Assembly (NCBI GenBank): GCA_021613535.1 | Contig: CP075494.1 | Span: 16,306,001 to 16,370,000, forward strand | Source of the DNA: Adineta vaga | Taxonomy: Eukaryota; Animalia; Rotifera | Direction of reading: 5' to 3' | DNA length: 64,000 bases | Shown: positions 23,240 to 36,971 of the stretch, in pieces | Numbering within the stretch: position 1 is the stretch's first letter | Layout: every line of letters starts with the position of its first letter | Translations under genes and position numbers: made by a program | Notes under the pieces: generated by a model | Database searches by the model: none | Told to the model about the DNA's origin: nothing | The model's input: only the letters and a program-made list of their open reading frames with translations

Positions 23240-26200
23240 GGGGGCCCCCTCCCTTAGAAAAAGCACTTTTTTTGAAAAAAATCGAAATTGATTTTATTAC
23301 ATAGAAAGATGCACCGGAGCTTCCTCTTTCCAAATATATATAGGGTTTGCTAAAACAACGAAATTTCCACTGAGCTATCAGCAAAAAACTGGACCTCAAT
23401 ACCCTTTTTTTCGATAAATTTCAATTTTTTTTAAAATTTTCTCATTTTTGAAAAAACTGACTTACCACTTGCATTAATATTAAGTAGGAAGTTTTCAAAG
23501 TGACTAGTAAGCATCTACCAACACTCAAGATAAGGATTATATATTTAAATTTTATCCTTAGTACTGAACATATATGGTTAAAGTATATTGCAAAGAAATC
23601 TAATCATAAGAGTCTAAAGTTTTTTGAAAATAAAGTTTTTTAATCTGATCCAAGGTATTCCGTTAATCTATTGTTGATCAGTTGTACTGCTATTCTTTTT
23701 GTAGAAGTGGCACATTCTTCAGATAACTATAAGAAATGAACAACAAAGTGAAAAGAAGTGAAAAAACATTAGTTAGGTTCGAAAAAGTTCAACGAATGTT
23801 TTCAGAGTGAAGATAATGTCAGGTTTTTGTGAATGATTTTTGTCATCGATGTCTGATGGATATAAACATCGGATAATCTGTTTAACTAATGATGGTAGCT
23901 CATATACCTCTTTTTCTTTTGGTTTTCTTTTTTGTTGTCGAACATTGAAGATAAGTTGATTAACTTTGTTGAACGTTTCTTGTCGGCATGTTCGATCCAG
24001 AGGTAAATCGAGCGGATTTGCCTTTTTTGTCGGCGTTAATGATAACGACGATAAATTGAGTCGACTGGTGTCTGTTGTAAGTGCTAGTGATGAAAATGAT
24101 CTCGTGATAGATCTTGCTTTACTAGAAATAAAGAAAAATATTTGTTGATAGCTAATTATACTTTTATAAAAAGATCTCAACAATTTAATGCATATCCACT
24201 TCTCTACGTTTTAGGTCTTTTAACTTAAGTTAAAACTGTAGTCAAACAAAAACCAATACATACGGTACAACATCTTTGCTTCCACTATTAGCATTTTCTT
24301 GAATTGTAGTGTCCAAATCGATGTTATCTGAGTTATCTGAGTCATCGGAACTATTCGAGTCGTTGTTTGTTGTAGTATCAGATTCACAATCAATGTTGCT
24401 TCTATTTGTAAAAGTGATGCCTGAATTAACAACGTCATTGGATTTTAGAATTTTGACTAAAGCAGGAGGCATGATAACATTTTCTCTATCAAATGCACGA
24501 CATAAGGCGTTGTAACATATGTCAAAATTGTTCATTTTATCTTGAAAATCTATAGAAAAAAAGAAAACGCTCTAGATGCACTCATGTAGAACGAAAGAAG
24601 ATATAGAAGGAAAACACATATACATGACGTCATGAAGAGAAAGAGGAGAGATGTACATGTGATGCGTCATGAAGAGAAAGATAAGATATATGTATATGAC
24701 GACATATAAAGAGACGGTGCATCCATGATGACACCCTCAAGATATAATTGTGCTATTCGTAGTTGTTATGTCGTTCAGTTTTAAAGAAAAAATGAAAATG
24801 GTCATACATATTTTAATTCTTTTATTAAAAATAGAAAGGTTTTAACACATAAAATATGATCCTAAGTGAACAACAAGTAGAAAAACAATATAAAAAAAAG
24901 TATTTTCAATAAAAAATAATCAATAAGCTCCAGATATATATGAATCGTCCAATGTGTCGTCGTCATCAATACCAAGACTCATACGATCAGTAGGTCGCGA
25001 ATCGAATGTTTCATTAGTTAGTTGTTTCTTTTCTTGTTTCTTTTTCTTCTTCTTGTGCTCGTAATATACGCGATCTTCATCAAGTCTTCTCATTGCAACT
25101 CTCGTATAATAGCCACCACCACCACCTAAAAGAAAGACAATATTGAAACGGACATATTTCCATTCCATATCGATGTACACGAGATACAGATACTTTGTTT
25201 CATTAATTCCAATAAAAACGAATTGTGAATTATCTGATAATAATCATTTGTATCTTCATCAGTATCTGTATGTTGCTGTTCAAGACATTTTGATAATTTC
25301 TGATGCGATGGACCAGTAAATGGACGGGTTTTGAATGTAAATTGTACATTGTCAGTTGTTCGATCTGTATCAGAAATAAGATCATTTTGTAGTTGACGTG
25401 TCTTTTTCGTAACACTATTAACGTTTTTTTGCGATGTGGTTTTATTTTCAGCTAGCCGGAGCTTTCTTTCCTTTTTTAAAGTTGAAGGACCTGGCATTTC
25501 AGACAAGATAAGCGTAGAATAATTCAAAAATCTAGAAAAAAAGAGGTGATAAAATAATGCCGTGTTGTTGAGAGAACATGAGTTACGCTAATTATAATTC
25601 GGTTGCAGTGTCTTATTCATATTTTCCCAAAAAATTTAGGTTTTTGAATTTTTTTTCAGACGATATCGTTATACAAAAATATATGACTCATCTAAAAAGA
25701 AGAGGAGCGAGAGAGTAAAGCTATTTCAACATGACAGATGACGCTGACTTACTGTTTCTGTTACGCGGTTTAAAAAAGTTCAATGAAACATATTGAAAAT
25801 ATACCATTTTAATACGATTTTTTGAATTTAAATGAAAAAAATTCATTTCGAAAACTTGTTTTGCGTTTTTCTCAGAACACTGTTTTCGATCAGAAAAATT
25901 GGAACTCCTCCCTCATTTTTTGAGCTATACCTAATTTTTTTTTTTTGTTTTAAAGGTCTCAGCAAGACGAAACTTTTGATCAACCAGTTTTTTTAAAAAC
26001 GATTCCTGGGCTGAGAAAAGCGAAGTTTACTGTCGGCAGGTAGCTGTTTTTTAAGACATCCCTACTAAAATATTCATAAAAAATGAACAAAAGGGAATTT
26101 GAAAATTCTGGTTGATCAAAAGTTGCGTACTGACGTGGGCTTTAATTTGAAACCAACCCGAGCTCTATATCTCGTGTTGGGACGGAGGCTTGTCAATTCT

Positions 26201-26370
26201 CTTGAAGGCCAAAATTGACCTATGAATCAGCTAGAAATCGGGTCTAGTACGACCTATAGAGCTGAAATTTTTACCAGAAGCGTATCTTACCAAGATCACT
26301 CATCCCTGAAAATTTCAGCTCAAACGGACCTTCTTAAATGGCAAATCGTTTCTAAGGGGGGGGGGCCCCC
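23240..26370 (-). mobile_element. Kolobok-like DNA transposon, internally deleted
   Basis: TTAA TSD at 23236-23239 and 26371-26374. TIR GGGGGCCCCC(T/C)CCCTTAGAAA. Transposase-like N-terminus (25126-25527, CxxC) abuts a C-terminus (..DDSYISGAY, 24920-25120) with no DDE core between them. Second ORF region at 23773-24535. Confidence 0.8.
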
Positions 26371-27760
26371 TTAAATAACTTGAATAATTTGAAAATTGTA
26401 TTGGATTACATAAAATAACTAAAAGAATTTTTTGATTTAATTTAATTATTAAAATTAAAATTATATTAATTACTTTGAGATATATTCTTTATTGGAATTG
26501 ATGGTGTTACTAAAGAAATTTATTTTAATTATTTTCTTTTCGTCTTCACTTACTTTCTGTTGAATTTAGTTTAATTTCAGTTGTTTTTTTAGATCTTTTT
26601 GAAACAATTGTTGTTTCTAAAAATAATTATCATTATAATACTCTTCTGTTCGAATTCTCTCACTATAATTGAGGGTGTGTGAGTATTAGATAGTTAAAAT
26701 ATACACATGTACATCCTCAAGATTGATGTATAATTTTTGAAGAGATTTTAAAAAAATGAATATTCTTACCGATATTATATTTCGTATTATTGACAAAAAA
26801 ACTGCTTGAATACGAAGAAAGATAATGACAATAATAATACTAATAAAGATAAATATTGGTATTATAAAACAACTCCAAAGAAGAAATCGAGATCTTTTTG
26901 ATATAGGATTTTCTCTTCAATAAATTTTTTATATTTTAAAAAAAATATATATTAATTCAATAGTTAAGTATTACTTTGAAGACAATATTTCTTCATATGA
27001 TAATTGTTCCATTGATATTCATATACTTATGAAATATATTTTCTTGAAAGTGACGAAGTATAGATCAGTAAAAACTTAATTACAGAAATTGTTAATAACA
27101 AATAAGACTTTCTTTTGCATAGACACTTTTTTTTCTTTTTTAATTTTTAAAATTATTTAGTATCAGACAAGAAAAAGAAGTGTTATTCACTCAAATAATT
27201 GTTTTTCTATTATACTGATGAATATAATCAATGTATTTCTTTATATTTGTCTTTATTTAATAATCAATTGATCTTCGAAAAAAGATCTAATAACTTCTTC
27301 ATTTTGAATAAGAGTCGAAATATTCATTAAATCAAAACAATTTATGATGTACAAAAGATATTCATATAGTGTTACATTTTTCACTGATAAATAATTTTCT
27401 TTTTTCTATAATTTAGTAAAATCTTTTTCAATAAACATTTTACTCACTCATTTCTCTTATTTTAACTAATATTTCTTTTTCTTTTTTTCCAACAAAAAAA
27501 GACTAAAATACTCCATATATATATATATATAGATCCGATAGTTTCTTTTGTTCCATTTTCAGATTGTTAATTATTTGTTATTATGATCAATTTACAGAAA
27601 CTTATTAAATATCTTGCTCTATTTATTTAATATTTCCTTTTAAATTAATTCGATTATGTTTATTAAATGAATAAATGTTTATTAAACATGTAAATAAATG
27701 AGAGTGTGTACAAAACGAATATTACATAACAATATCAATTTATATTAATTATATTTTCGA

Positions 27761-28738
27761 TTAAAATAATCTTCTATGTAAAATAACATTTTTTAATTCT
27801 TTTCGAAATGTTTTTGACATTAATAAATGTGCATAAGAAGTTAAACAATATGGAACATAAGTACAATAAGTTGCTATACGAAAAATAAATTCTAATATTT
27901 GTATATCTTCCAAACTTTTTGAATTATATTGTGTAAATTGTTGATAAATAAGAAAAATTGCTAAAAATAAACTAAAAGGAACATAAATAATAATATTTAT
28001 AATTAACATTAAAATAAGTTGACGATCTTTTGCTTGAATATAGAAGATATACCACTTCTTACTTGTCTCGTTTGTAATGATAATGATACAATTGTAATAT
28101 GTTTCATACGATGAACATTTTTTATTGCCCATAATCCAAAAAAAATCATTAATAAAGGTACTAAAATTTCTTTTATAAATGAACCATAACTAATTATTGT
28201 TGTATAAACATTCATTTCTGGAAAACAAATATAAGAATTTATTCCTATTTGTAAAATAGTTGAAAAAATAGCCATAGGAATTGAACATAATAACCAAAAT
28301 AATGTTCCAATAATAATTAATATAAAAGCATTTTGAATAGAACTATATTTTCTTATATAAACATGTGATGATGTTATTAAAACACGATCAATTGATGCTA
28401 ATATTAATATAAATGGACATATACAAGTAAATGAAACAGCTACATAAAGTCTTAATCGACATAAACTAAGATTATATATAGAATAATCAATATTAAAACC
28501 AACTTCAAGTACTGGTGGTAATAAACCACCAGAAATAATAATTAAATTTGAAATATTAAATGACATAAAATAAATTGAACATGGATTTTTTCGTAGATTT
28601 TTTAAAATAAATACAGTAAAACTGAATATATTACTTATTATACCTAAGAATACTAAAATTGGACCACCAAAACGAAATAAATTTTCTTCTATTGATTTTA
28701 ATGTAAGAATCAAATCGTAATTGATCAATATGGACATT
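27761..28738 (-). pseudogene. Orphan class-A-like 7TM GPCR with one frameshift
   Basis: G..SN, LRKNPCSIY, C.L..Y and SIDR motifs, then KDRQL and SKTFRKEL in another frame. Removing an AT at ~28039-28042 restores SS-IQAKDRQL. Confidence 0.85.
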
Positions 28739-29040
28739 TTGATTTTAAATTTTATAAAAAATGAGATCATTTCTTTTTTCAAATCTTTCTTATATATATA
28801 TATTCATAAACCAGGGAAAAAAAGTTTTAAGATAATCTATGAAGGTGTTTAAATTGATTTATATGATAATATGGAAAATAAATATAGATCGATTATAAAT
28901 TCAATTATCTAGAGCAGTATCAATTAAATAAATTGCGTATGTTCATTTAAAGATAAGTATAAGCATCTTTTCTTCAATCTTATTTACATTTACATTTTCA
29001 AATTAATTTGTTTCCTCGCTTCATTTCTTTACTTTTAAAA

Positions 29041-29157
29041 CAGAGATGGGCAAGTCAAGTCACTTTTGACTTGATTTGAACTATGAATTGGACTTGAAGA
29101 TTTTTATATGTGATTTGACTTGATTTGAGCAAAAATTTAATGACTTGCCCATCACTG
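29041..29157. mobile_element. hAT-type MITE
   Basis: TIR CAG(A/T)GATGGGCAAGTCA. 8-bp TSD TTTTAAAA at 29033-29040 and 29158-29165. Confidence 0.88.
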
Positions 29158-30090
29158 TTTTAAAATGACTATATAAGTTTATTTAATATCAAATAAGATT
29201 AAATGAAGGTATCTGATGTTTATTATCAACAGTTTCAGTTAGTTTTGTTCGTAAACAAATTTAAATTTTATCATAAAAGATACAAATTTTCATAATTTTT
29301 ATCATTTGAATTTATGAATTTGATAATAAGTCAAATAAACAAATATTAAGGGTGTTCATAGACATTGTAATCTTTTCTCGTTATTTTCATATATCATTAT
29401 TCGTATGATTTAGTCTCGAGAACGAATTGTAAATCATGTTTATCTTTGTTATGATATTCATCAAGAATACTTTGAATTTTCTCTTACCGATTTAAATCGA
29501 ATCATTTATTTAATGATTCAATCTGTTCATCGTACACAATATGAAATGTTCAATAATCTTTTAATGAAGCACCATCTTGATGGTGTACGTGACGATACAG
29601 TAAGGACCAACGTCACCCACACCCAAGACTATTTTTTTACAAGTATTTGAATGTCGTTTGCACGTTTTCTTTGAGCAATTAACTTTACTATGAGGGCTGG
29701 GTGTGGGTGTGGGTGTGGGTGGGTGGGTGTGGGTGTGGATGAAGTAGATATATCCACAGCCACCCACCCACACCCCGCAATCCGCCGTTTCCCCCATGCT
29801 GTCAATATTTAATTTTTCTCTCTTCACGATTCGTAGTCATATTGTGCTCTCTAATGTATTTTCTCTTATCTTATCTATATTGACCTTGTGATTTTATGTG
29901 ATAATAATAAGAATTATTTCCTCATAAATCAATTCAAGTATATAAAAGAAAATACTTGTGCAATATTTGTTCGATTTTCACCGAAAAGAAAATAATCTCT
30001 CTCTGTATATATATTACTTCACAATTTGAATATATAGTCGATAAATCATCAATTATTCAAGTTGAAAGAGACAATCATTCTTAGAAGATA

Positions 30091-31970
30091 ATGCACAATT
30101 CATTTATGAATAATATTATAAAAATCGGACTCATTTTCAACTTTTTCATTAATGGTAAAATATATGTTTTACTGTATCATTTCATTTTATAGATTATTTT
30201 AGAAGTTAATGCTCTTGTAACAACAAATTATACAAATGGTTTATCTTCCTATAGTTCAACATTTATGCGACCTTATGGTCAAACAAACAATTATTATTTT
30301 CATGCGATCGCAGTGAGAATTTTTTCAACGGGTTCGTATAGTTTTACAAGTCAAAGTAGTTTCGATATTTATGGATCTTTTCATAATTATCCTGTTGATA
30401 TAACTATTCCGTCTCAAAGTATGATTGCATATAATGATGATGGTGGTGATGATGAGCGACAATTTCGAATTAATCTTAATTTACAATCCAATAAGACCTA
30501 TGTTCTAATTGTTTCTACGTTTGCTACAAATATTACAGGATGTTTTACAATTATTGTTGAAGGTCCATCAGATGTTGAACTCATTCACAATGATCATTTC
30601 GTTGTAGAATCAACAACAACAACAAGTGAGTAAATTGATCATTACAACGTCGAGTCAATATCTTTATTTTAGCGACAATTCTACCTATAATTACATCTAC
30701 TTATTCGGGTATTTTATCATCTAACAATTTACAATTTGCTCGACCGACAAGTAATTCAAATAATTATTATTATCAAGCTTTTGAAATAACAGCTCCTGTG
30801 AATGGTGCATATATTTTCACGAGTAGTAGTACAATAGATACCTATGGTTACTTTTATAGTGATTCATTTGATTCATTAAATCCTGATTTGAATTTAATTG
30901 CATCTAATGATGATGGTGATGATAATAGACAATTTCGTATTAATATTATTTTACAATTTCAACGTAAATATATTTTGGTTGTTACTACATTTGAATATAA
31001 TATTAGAGGAGATTTCTTAATCAAAATAGTTGGTCCAACATCACTTGATTTGACTCCGATTAAGCAAATAAAAAGTGAGTAAATAAAAATATATAAATGA
31101 ATAGTATATGTTTTTTCTATCTTATTTTAGGTTACTATGATGATGGTTTTTACTGTAATAGTCCAACATTTTCTCGTTTGGGTTTGCCTGATGATCATAG
31201 TTGCTATTTTTATCAAGCGATTCGTATTGAAACTTCTATGAATGGTACTTATAGATTTTTCATTAACAGTTCAATGGATACTTTTACTTATCTTTACAAA
31301 AATTCTTTCAATGCTTCTCGTCCTTTTCTGAATTTCATCGCATCTAGCGATGATGGTGATATTAATCAACAATTACAAATTAGCTATAATTTACAATCTG
31401 CTCGTAGATATATTTTAGTCGTTACTACGACTAGAGAAAATATTCGAGGAACTTTTCAAATTATAGCAGTTGGTTCATCATCAGTTTATTTCGAACAAAT
31501 TCTACCAGCAACATGTAAGTGAATAAAAGAATAAACTAACAAAAAGTTATTTCTTTTTGAATTTTGATATAATAGATTATTATCAATCGTTATGTGATAG
31601 TTGTAGACCATGGCATCCAAATAGATCATCTGGAAAAAGAACCATTGCAATTGTTGTTCCAATTTTGATTGTATTGATTGTGATTATTATTATTTGTTGT
31701 TGTTGTTGTATATATCGATGTAGACGTAAAAAAACATCTGAACATCATCAAAATATTCAAAGAAGTGAAATTGATGTACCTTACACGATTCCATTAACGA
31801 GATCGTCTGATCATTTTGAACCACATCCACCATCTTATGAATCAATTTTATATTTCATGATTATTATTTTGAAAAATAAATATTGCTTTCAAAAAACTTA
31901 TCATTTTGAGAGGTTTTGTATGAGAAAAGAATACTCAGGGGTGGATGTGGATGTGGATTTAGAACATTAA
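30091..31970 (+). CDS. Type-I membrane protein with three bacterial PPC-like (pre-peptidase C-terminal-like) beta domains
   Basis: Signal exon plus three exons each with DTYGY.Y..F...P..N.IA.NDDG....F.I...L....Y.LVVTT. TM helix followed by CCCC and a PPSY motif. 3' end uncertain. Confidence 0.8.
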
Positions 31971-32396
31971 ACGATACCGCCATCCAGTCCCGGTGTTCGT
32001 AGATTGCGCATCAGATATTTAGAATCTAACGCAAAAATTGAAAAATTTGTGTAAAAAAACTTTTGTGAGAATTTTCCGCTATAAATTTACTTAAAATATC
32101 AGTTTTGTTTTTCTGCTATCTGTACGAATATAGAAGTTAACTCACACTATAAATCGATTTGAAGTTTATAAATCAAAAAACTGATTTATAAATAGGCCAG
32201 ATTTATAAACGCTTTAAATTGCCGACTCAAAAGTTTACGATTTATAAATCATCCTATTTCGGACTCATCAATGATGCGCACACATGTTTTTCGTCGATCG
32301 TAACTACACGTGCAATTAGAAATGAAACGAATACACTTGTTGTTTTTGTGCATTTTCGTCTTAAATCGTATATCTTTCAGAACAACGAAATAACAT

Positions 32397-32722
32397 ATGG
32401 ATGATGTTAATGTTAAATTGGAAGTATTTATCGATCGATATCTTCCTTGGTGTGTGGAGAAAATAGAACGGATTGTCGGAGGTCTGGCCAACTATATATT
32501 TCGTTTACACCTCAAAACTGACTTCCCGTCTATTTCATCCGACAGTACAAGTGATCGAAGTTTACTTACATTAGTTCATCGAATGAAACCGAAATCTTTG
32601 ATAGCCAAAATTGCTTATCTATATTTTGTTGTATTTGGTAAGAATGTGAAATTCCCGCTTTTTCGTCAATAAGTCGAAGAAAGAGCATTACAACTGTTCA
32701 ACAAGTTTTCTTTTGGACAGGT
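32397..32722 (+). pseudogene. N-lobe fragment of an APH/methylthioribose-kinase-like phosphotransferase
   Basis: IERIVGGLANYIFRL...SLIAK.A..Y....G....PL.RQ*VEERAL, with an in-frame stop at 32670-32672. Breaks off at the TGTGGG element. Confidence 0.55.
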
Positions 32723-33049
32723 AAGGGTGTGGGTGTGGGTGTCCGTTGCAATTGCTCACACCCTATACATATATAAGCAATTTTTTCACTTCAAACGATA
32801 TGAGACGCTAGACTTGAATAGTCAGTTGAACTCGATACTCTTATTAGATTGTGTAAAGATTAATCTTATTCCGTCAAAAAATAATGAACGAGGATGTGAA
32901 TTAAATATAAAGAACACACACCTATACCCTCAAGGTGCTGGATTCATCTCGTCATATCAGTTTACGAAACTACTCTCTAAGTAATATCGTGTTAATATTA
33001 TTTCCGTAAAGTTCTTATGTGTCAAAGAAACGACTAATTTTATTTTATT

Positions 33050-34270
33050 TTATTTTAAGACAAAATGTTCCGTTTCACCAGGATCTGTAAACATTGCACA
33101 AGGTGGATGTTTGTTTGGTGCAGCCGAATGTGATAAAGATAAACATTTAGTAACGGCACGGTGTGTAGATAATTGAGGAAACTGTCGATATCCTATTTCT
33201 CGTTCTTCATCTTCTGTTAGAATGAGATTCTTTTGCGAGTAAAGTGAGTTCCATTTAGATAGCGTATAAAGATTAACATGTGCAATAGTTGCCACCATGA
33301 ACTTTAGACAAGCATATAGAAGATAATGAGTTAAATCAATACGACGTCGTTCCATTACTACAAAGTAAACAGGTAAAATGATTATGAAGATGACAATGTA
33401 TAAAACTATCAGAGGATAGATTAGAATGGCGAGGATCATGCGACGTTGATAAGGAATAAGACGAGGCCAAAATGAAGCCTTACGTATTTTCCGTTGCCAC
33501 CAATATGCGCAGACAATCGATTTTATGACAATGAACGCAATAGCTTGATGCCACGCAATTACATTGGTCGTAGTGTCAATTATATTGATTAATTTGAAGA
33601 GATATTGAACGCAGATAACATCATTATATTCATAATTGATATAAGAAATTGTTTGATTAATACAATAATCATACAGTGTTGCATTTATGTTTGAATTTGA
33701 AACGTTGTTATTAGCAAATTTGTACCAGCAGACGATATGATTTGGTCGATTATGGTACGTTGTTAAGTAAGTTCGACATGTTTCGAAGTATGTTCTACGT
33801 GTCAAAATCTTGTATAACAATACGGTAAGAAGCAAATCGATTTGTATCGGAATAAGCAGGAGATAATCGGCATCTTTTTTTGTTTCAAAAGTGAGGTTAT
33901 GTAATGGTAACTTGGGTAGAATATTCGTGGGCAATGAATTACTTCGTTTAATAACACGACGTGATGGTACATCTGTTGCTGTTGTTGTCGGTTTCTCCAC
34001 GTTTCGATGTTTTTCCGTTTCTATCTGCTGTATAATACTAGTGACAATACTAACAAGAGCCCCTCGCGAAAAAAAATTGGCTGCTGTACCAAGAAAGTGT
34101 AACAGACGCGGCGAACTCTTTGATACATACGCAACGTAAGTACATAGACAAGTGAGTAAAATGAGTACGATATTCGGCGTTAAAAACAATATAAGGACGA
34201 TCTTCAAGTTGAGCGCCACACCATCATCGTTCAGAAGCACCATTATGACTAGAGATAATAAATTAAACAA
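33050..34270 (-). CDS. Intronless multi-pass membrane protein, unknown function
   Basis: 406-codon ORF with about 5-6 hydrophobic segments. An upstream in-frame ATG (34293) is followed by TAG at codon 5, so the true start is uncertain. Confidence 0.7.
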   Translation of the reverse strand: MFNLLSLVIMVLLNDDGVALNLKIVLILFLTPNIVLILLTCLCTYVAYVSKSSPRLLHFLGTAANFFSRGALVSIVTSIIQQIETEKHRNVEKPTTTATDVPSRRVIKRSNSLPTNILPKLPLHNLTFETKKDADYLLLIPIQIDLLLTVLLYKILTRRTYFETCRTYLTTYHNRPNHIVCWYKFANNNVSNSNINATLYDYCINQTISYINYEYNDVICVQYLFKLINIIDTTTNVIAWHQAIAFIVIKSIVCAYWWQRKIRKASFWPRLIPYQRRMILAILIYPLIVLYIVIFIIILPVYFVVMERRRIDLTHYLLYACLKFMVATIAHVNLYTLSKWNSLYSQKNLILTEDEEREIGYRQFPQLSTHRAVTKCLSLSHSAAPNKHPPCAMFTDPGETEHFVLK

Positions 34271-36203
34271 TTCTTTTTCACATTCACTCTATATATGGAT
34301 CATTACGTGAAAATTATACTATATCAGACTTTTTGTCACAAAACTCGTATTTATTTTTATTCATTCATTCGATGTTTAGAAGTAGAAAGTGTTACTATGA
34401 ATCATGAACAACTATTAGAACGGGCGTTTTCTACAAGAGTGAGATTCAGATATGAAAAAAAAACGACTAGAAAAATAAGAGTACAATTATTAGTTGGAGT
34501 CTTTTAGTTGGAGGTGATATTTTACAAGTATTGCGGTATTTATTTACGTATTTTCAATTGACAAGCGAAATTCTATATCTGAATCTTACTGCTGTATACA
34601 AGAGAGCACTTTCTCTGTATTGAATCAAATATTCTGCTGTTAACTTGTAGAAGCTCTAATTTTGTTTATGATTTACGATCAGATGATAGGATTGAAAGAA
34701 GTTCACTGCAATCATTTGTCTTTTCTTTTCTAAACAGATGTATCGTCAATGATGGTAATACAAAAAAAAAGGTTACAATGAAGCAATCTACTATGATGAT
34801 TTGTACGATCCCTAACATAATTGTTGTAAACTGATGTCTTGTTCTCTTTCCTACTCTTTCCTACTCTTATTTATTCTGTAATAGCTTTTTCCTCTTCTTT
34901 TTTTTTCTCTCTCTCTCTCTATCTGAATATCTCAAGCACGTTGTATAGAAGAAGATCGAGAAATGTATTATATAAACGGACGTGTCGCTAATTAGAAGAT
35001 ATTGAGATACAATGAGTGTAAGTGATCATAAGACACGTCCGACTTACATTAAAATCGATATGTATCTCAACGGTACCACTTTGACACACTTTATTTGATC
35101 CCTTTAGTGTCATAAATGTGTTATTCGATCGAGAATCATCGCTAACTAATGCTTACACAATAATGTGTTCGAGATAATGAGACAAAAAAACAGTTGGTAT
35201 TATTGTGAAGAATAAAAGAATAATTCAAAAGCTAATTGACATGTTGAAGGATATCTCATAATAACTGACAATAAATTGTCAGTGACATTTATTTTAAGAC
35301 ATTTTTTAATTCTCTTTCAAATAATGCGATTATGAATTTGTAATATAGTTTAATTATATTTATTTATAATAATGTGACATTTTGTTCTAGTTTACAGCTT
35401 CATCATACATTATGTTACATGAAAAAACATTTTGACAGGAAGAACACATTTACATACATATATATATAAGACAGTAATAAATGGATTAACAGAATTATAA
35501 TCAGAAGCAATACTATAAAATGTAAAAATAATCGAATCAGTAGAATCTAACTTTTTCATATCATATGATCAGATCTCATCTTAATTAAATGACAATGAAC
35601 AACTAATCCACTATCAAGTTTAGGAAAATGATTGATGTATTCATTTTTCAGTAAATTTCTGATCTCATTTCGAGATTAATCATTTTTCTTTGTTGATTCA
35701 AAAGAATAACCAGTATTATCAGTCGTTTTGAACGAATTTGATAATGACGGTAGATTCGTTTTCTCCTTTTGAATATTTTGAATCTTTTGTAACAGTGCAG
35801 TTTCCATAATAGTTGACATTTTATATTCTAATTTGATAACTAATACAAAAATTATGTAAAATATTCAATAAGACATAATAGTCAATCGACAGATACTGTA
35901 AATCCAATTGATTTCTATCAGTTCATTACACAATCAACGATCACAAATATGTTTTTCCAGTCAGATCAAATGACGAAAGACACCCACACCCATTTTCTTC
36001 AGTTCTTCTCGATAAATCTTTCGCATATGATCATAAAGGATAAATGAAATTAAAAAAGAGTATGTGTGTATGTCTTTTTCTAACCCTTAAACCCACACCC
36101 TTACACCCTCAAGATTTTTTTGTATGTGAAACTGATATTTATTTTGAACTCAAATATTTTCTTGTTTTTTTACGAATAATGATCAATTCAGAAATTAGAC
36201 GTA

Positions 36204-36971
36204 TTAATCCAAACTGAGTTGTCGACTTAAAGTCAAGTTCTTTTGAACTAAACGTAGTTTGTCACCACTTGAATTGTGTAATTCTCCTTCATCATAAGGT
36301 TCCAACGCTAAATATTTATTTAAATTAGAAAGAATTATAGAATATTTCTTCAATAATTCTGTTCCAATAACTCCTTTGGTTTGACTTATATCTAACATCA
36401 TTCGAAGTGCTGCTGGTAATAAACCAAATGTTAGTGATTCAATTTTTTCACCAATAGTAACATCGATTTTGTAAATATTGGTTGTATAAGTACCTATTGT
36501 AAAATAAAAATCTTCCATCTGACCAATCGGTTCACTAACAAGAAGATCTTCACTCAAATAAGATAATTTTGCACCACTATCAAAAAAGATTCTTCGATCT
36601 TTATGTCCAATATTTAAAGTTATTATCGGAATACTCATTACTGTGTCTATGATAGGCAATTTGATTGTTGTATCTGCATATGCAAGAAGAGTATCAGAAA
36701 ATGTGATTTGATTTAAATTAAATAGTATATCAAAATGCATGAGAATATCCATACCAATCAATCCATCTACTTTCAGTCCACTCAAGGCACTTATTGACGT
36801 GGCTGTTATTCCACCCATAGCAGTTTCATTTAATGAAAATCTTTTTCCATTAATAACAACGAATGTTCCACGTCCAAAAGAGACTGGAGAACCAGTGTCT
36901 ACGATGTAATCTAAATCGTTCATCTGAACAATAACATGGCCATCCAAAAATTTAGTAGCGAATGTATCCAT
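36204..36971 (-). CDS. Bacterial-type two-domain retropepsin-like aspartyl protease
   Basis: YIVDTGS...DGLIGMDIL and IFFDSGA...GVIGTELL. Intronless. Confidence 0.88.
   Translation of the reverse strand: MDTFATKFLDGHVIVQMNDLDYIVDTGSPVSFGRGTFVVINGKRFSLNETAMGGITATSISALSGLKVDGLIGMDILMHFDILFNLNQITFSDTLLAYADTTIKLPIIDTVMSIPIITLNIGHKDRRIFFDSGAKLSYLSEDLLVSEPIGQMEDFYFTIGTYTTNIYKIDVTIGEKIESLTFGLLPAALRMMLDISQTKGVIGTELLKKYSIILSNLNKYLALEPYDEGELHNSSGDKLRLVQKNLTLSRQLSLD

Larger units (their letters stand above)
20543..27012 (-). pseudogene. Type-II membrane FG-GAP/VCBS-repeat protein gene disrupted by two TE insertions
   Basis: Repeats of the D(F/L)N.D...DI.V type at 20543-21329 and 23010-23239. Upstream exons with ATG at 27012 and a TM segment at ~26800-26890. 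Removing both insertions restores the frame. Confidence 0.88.
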
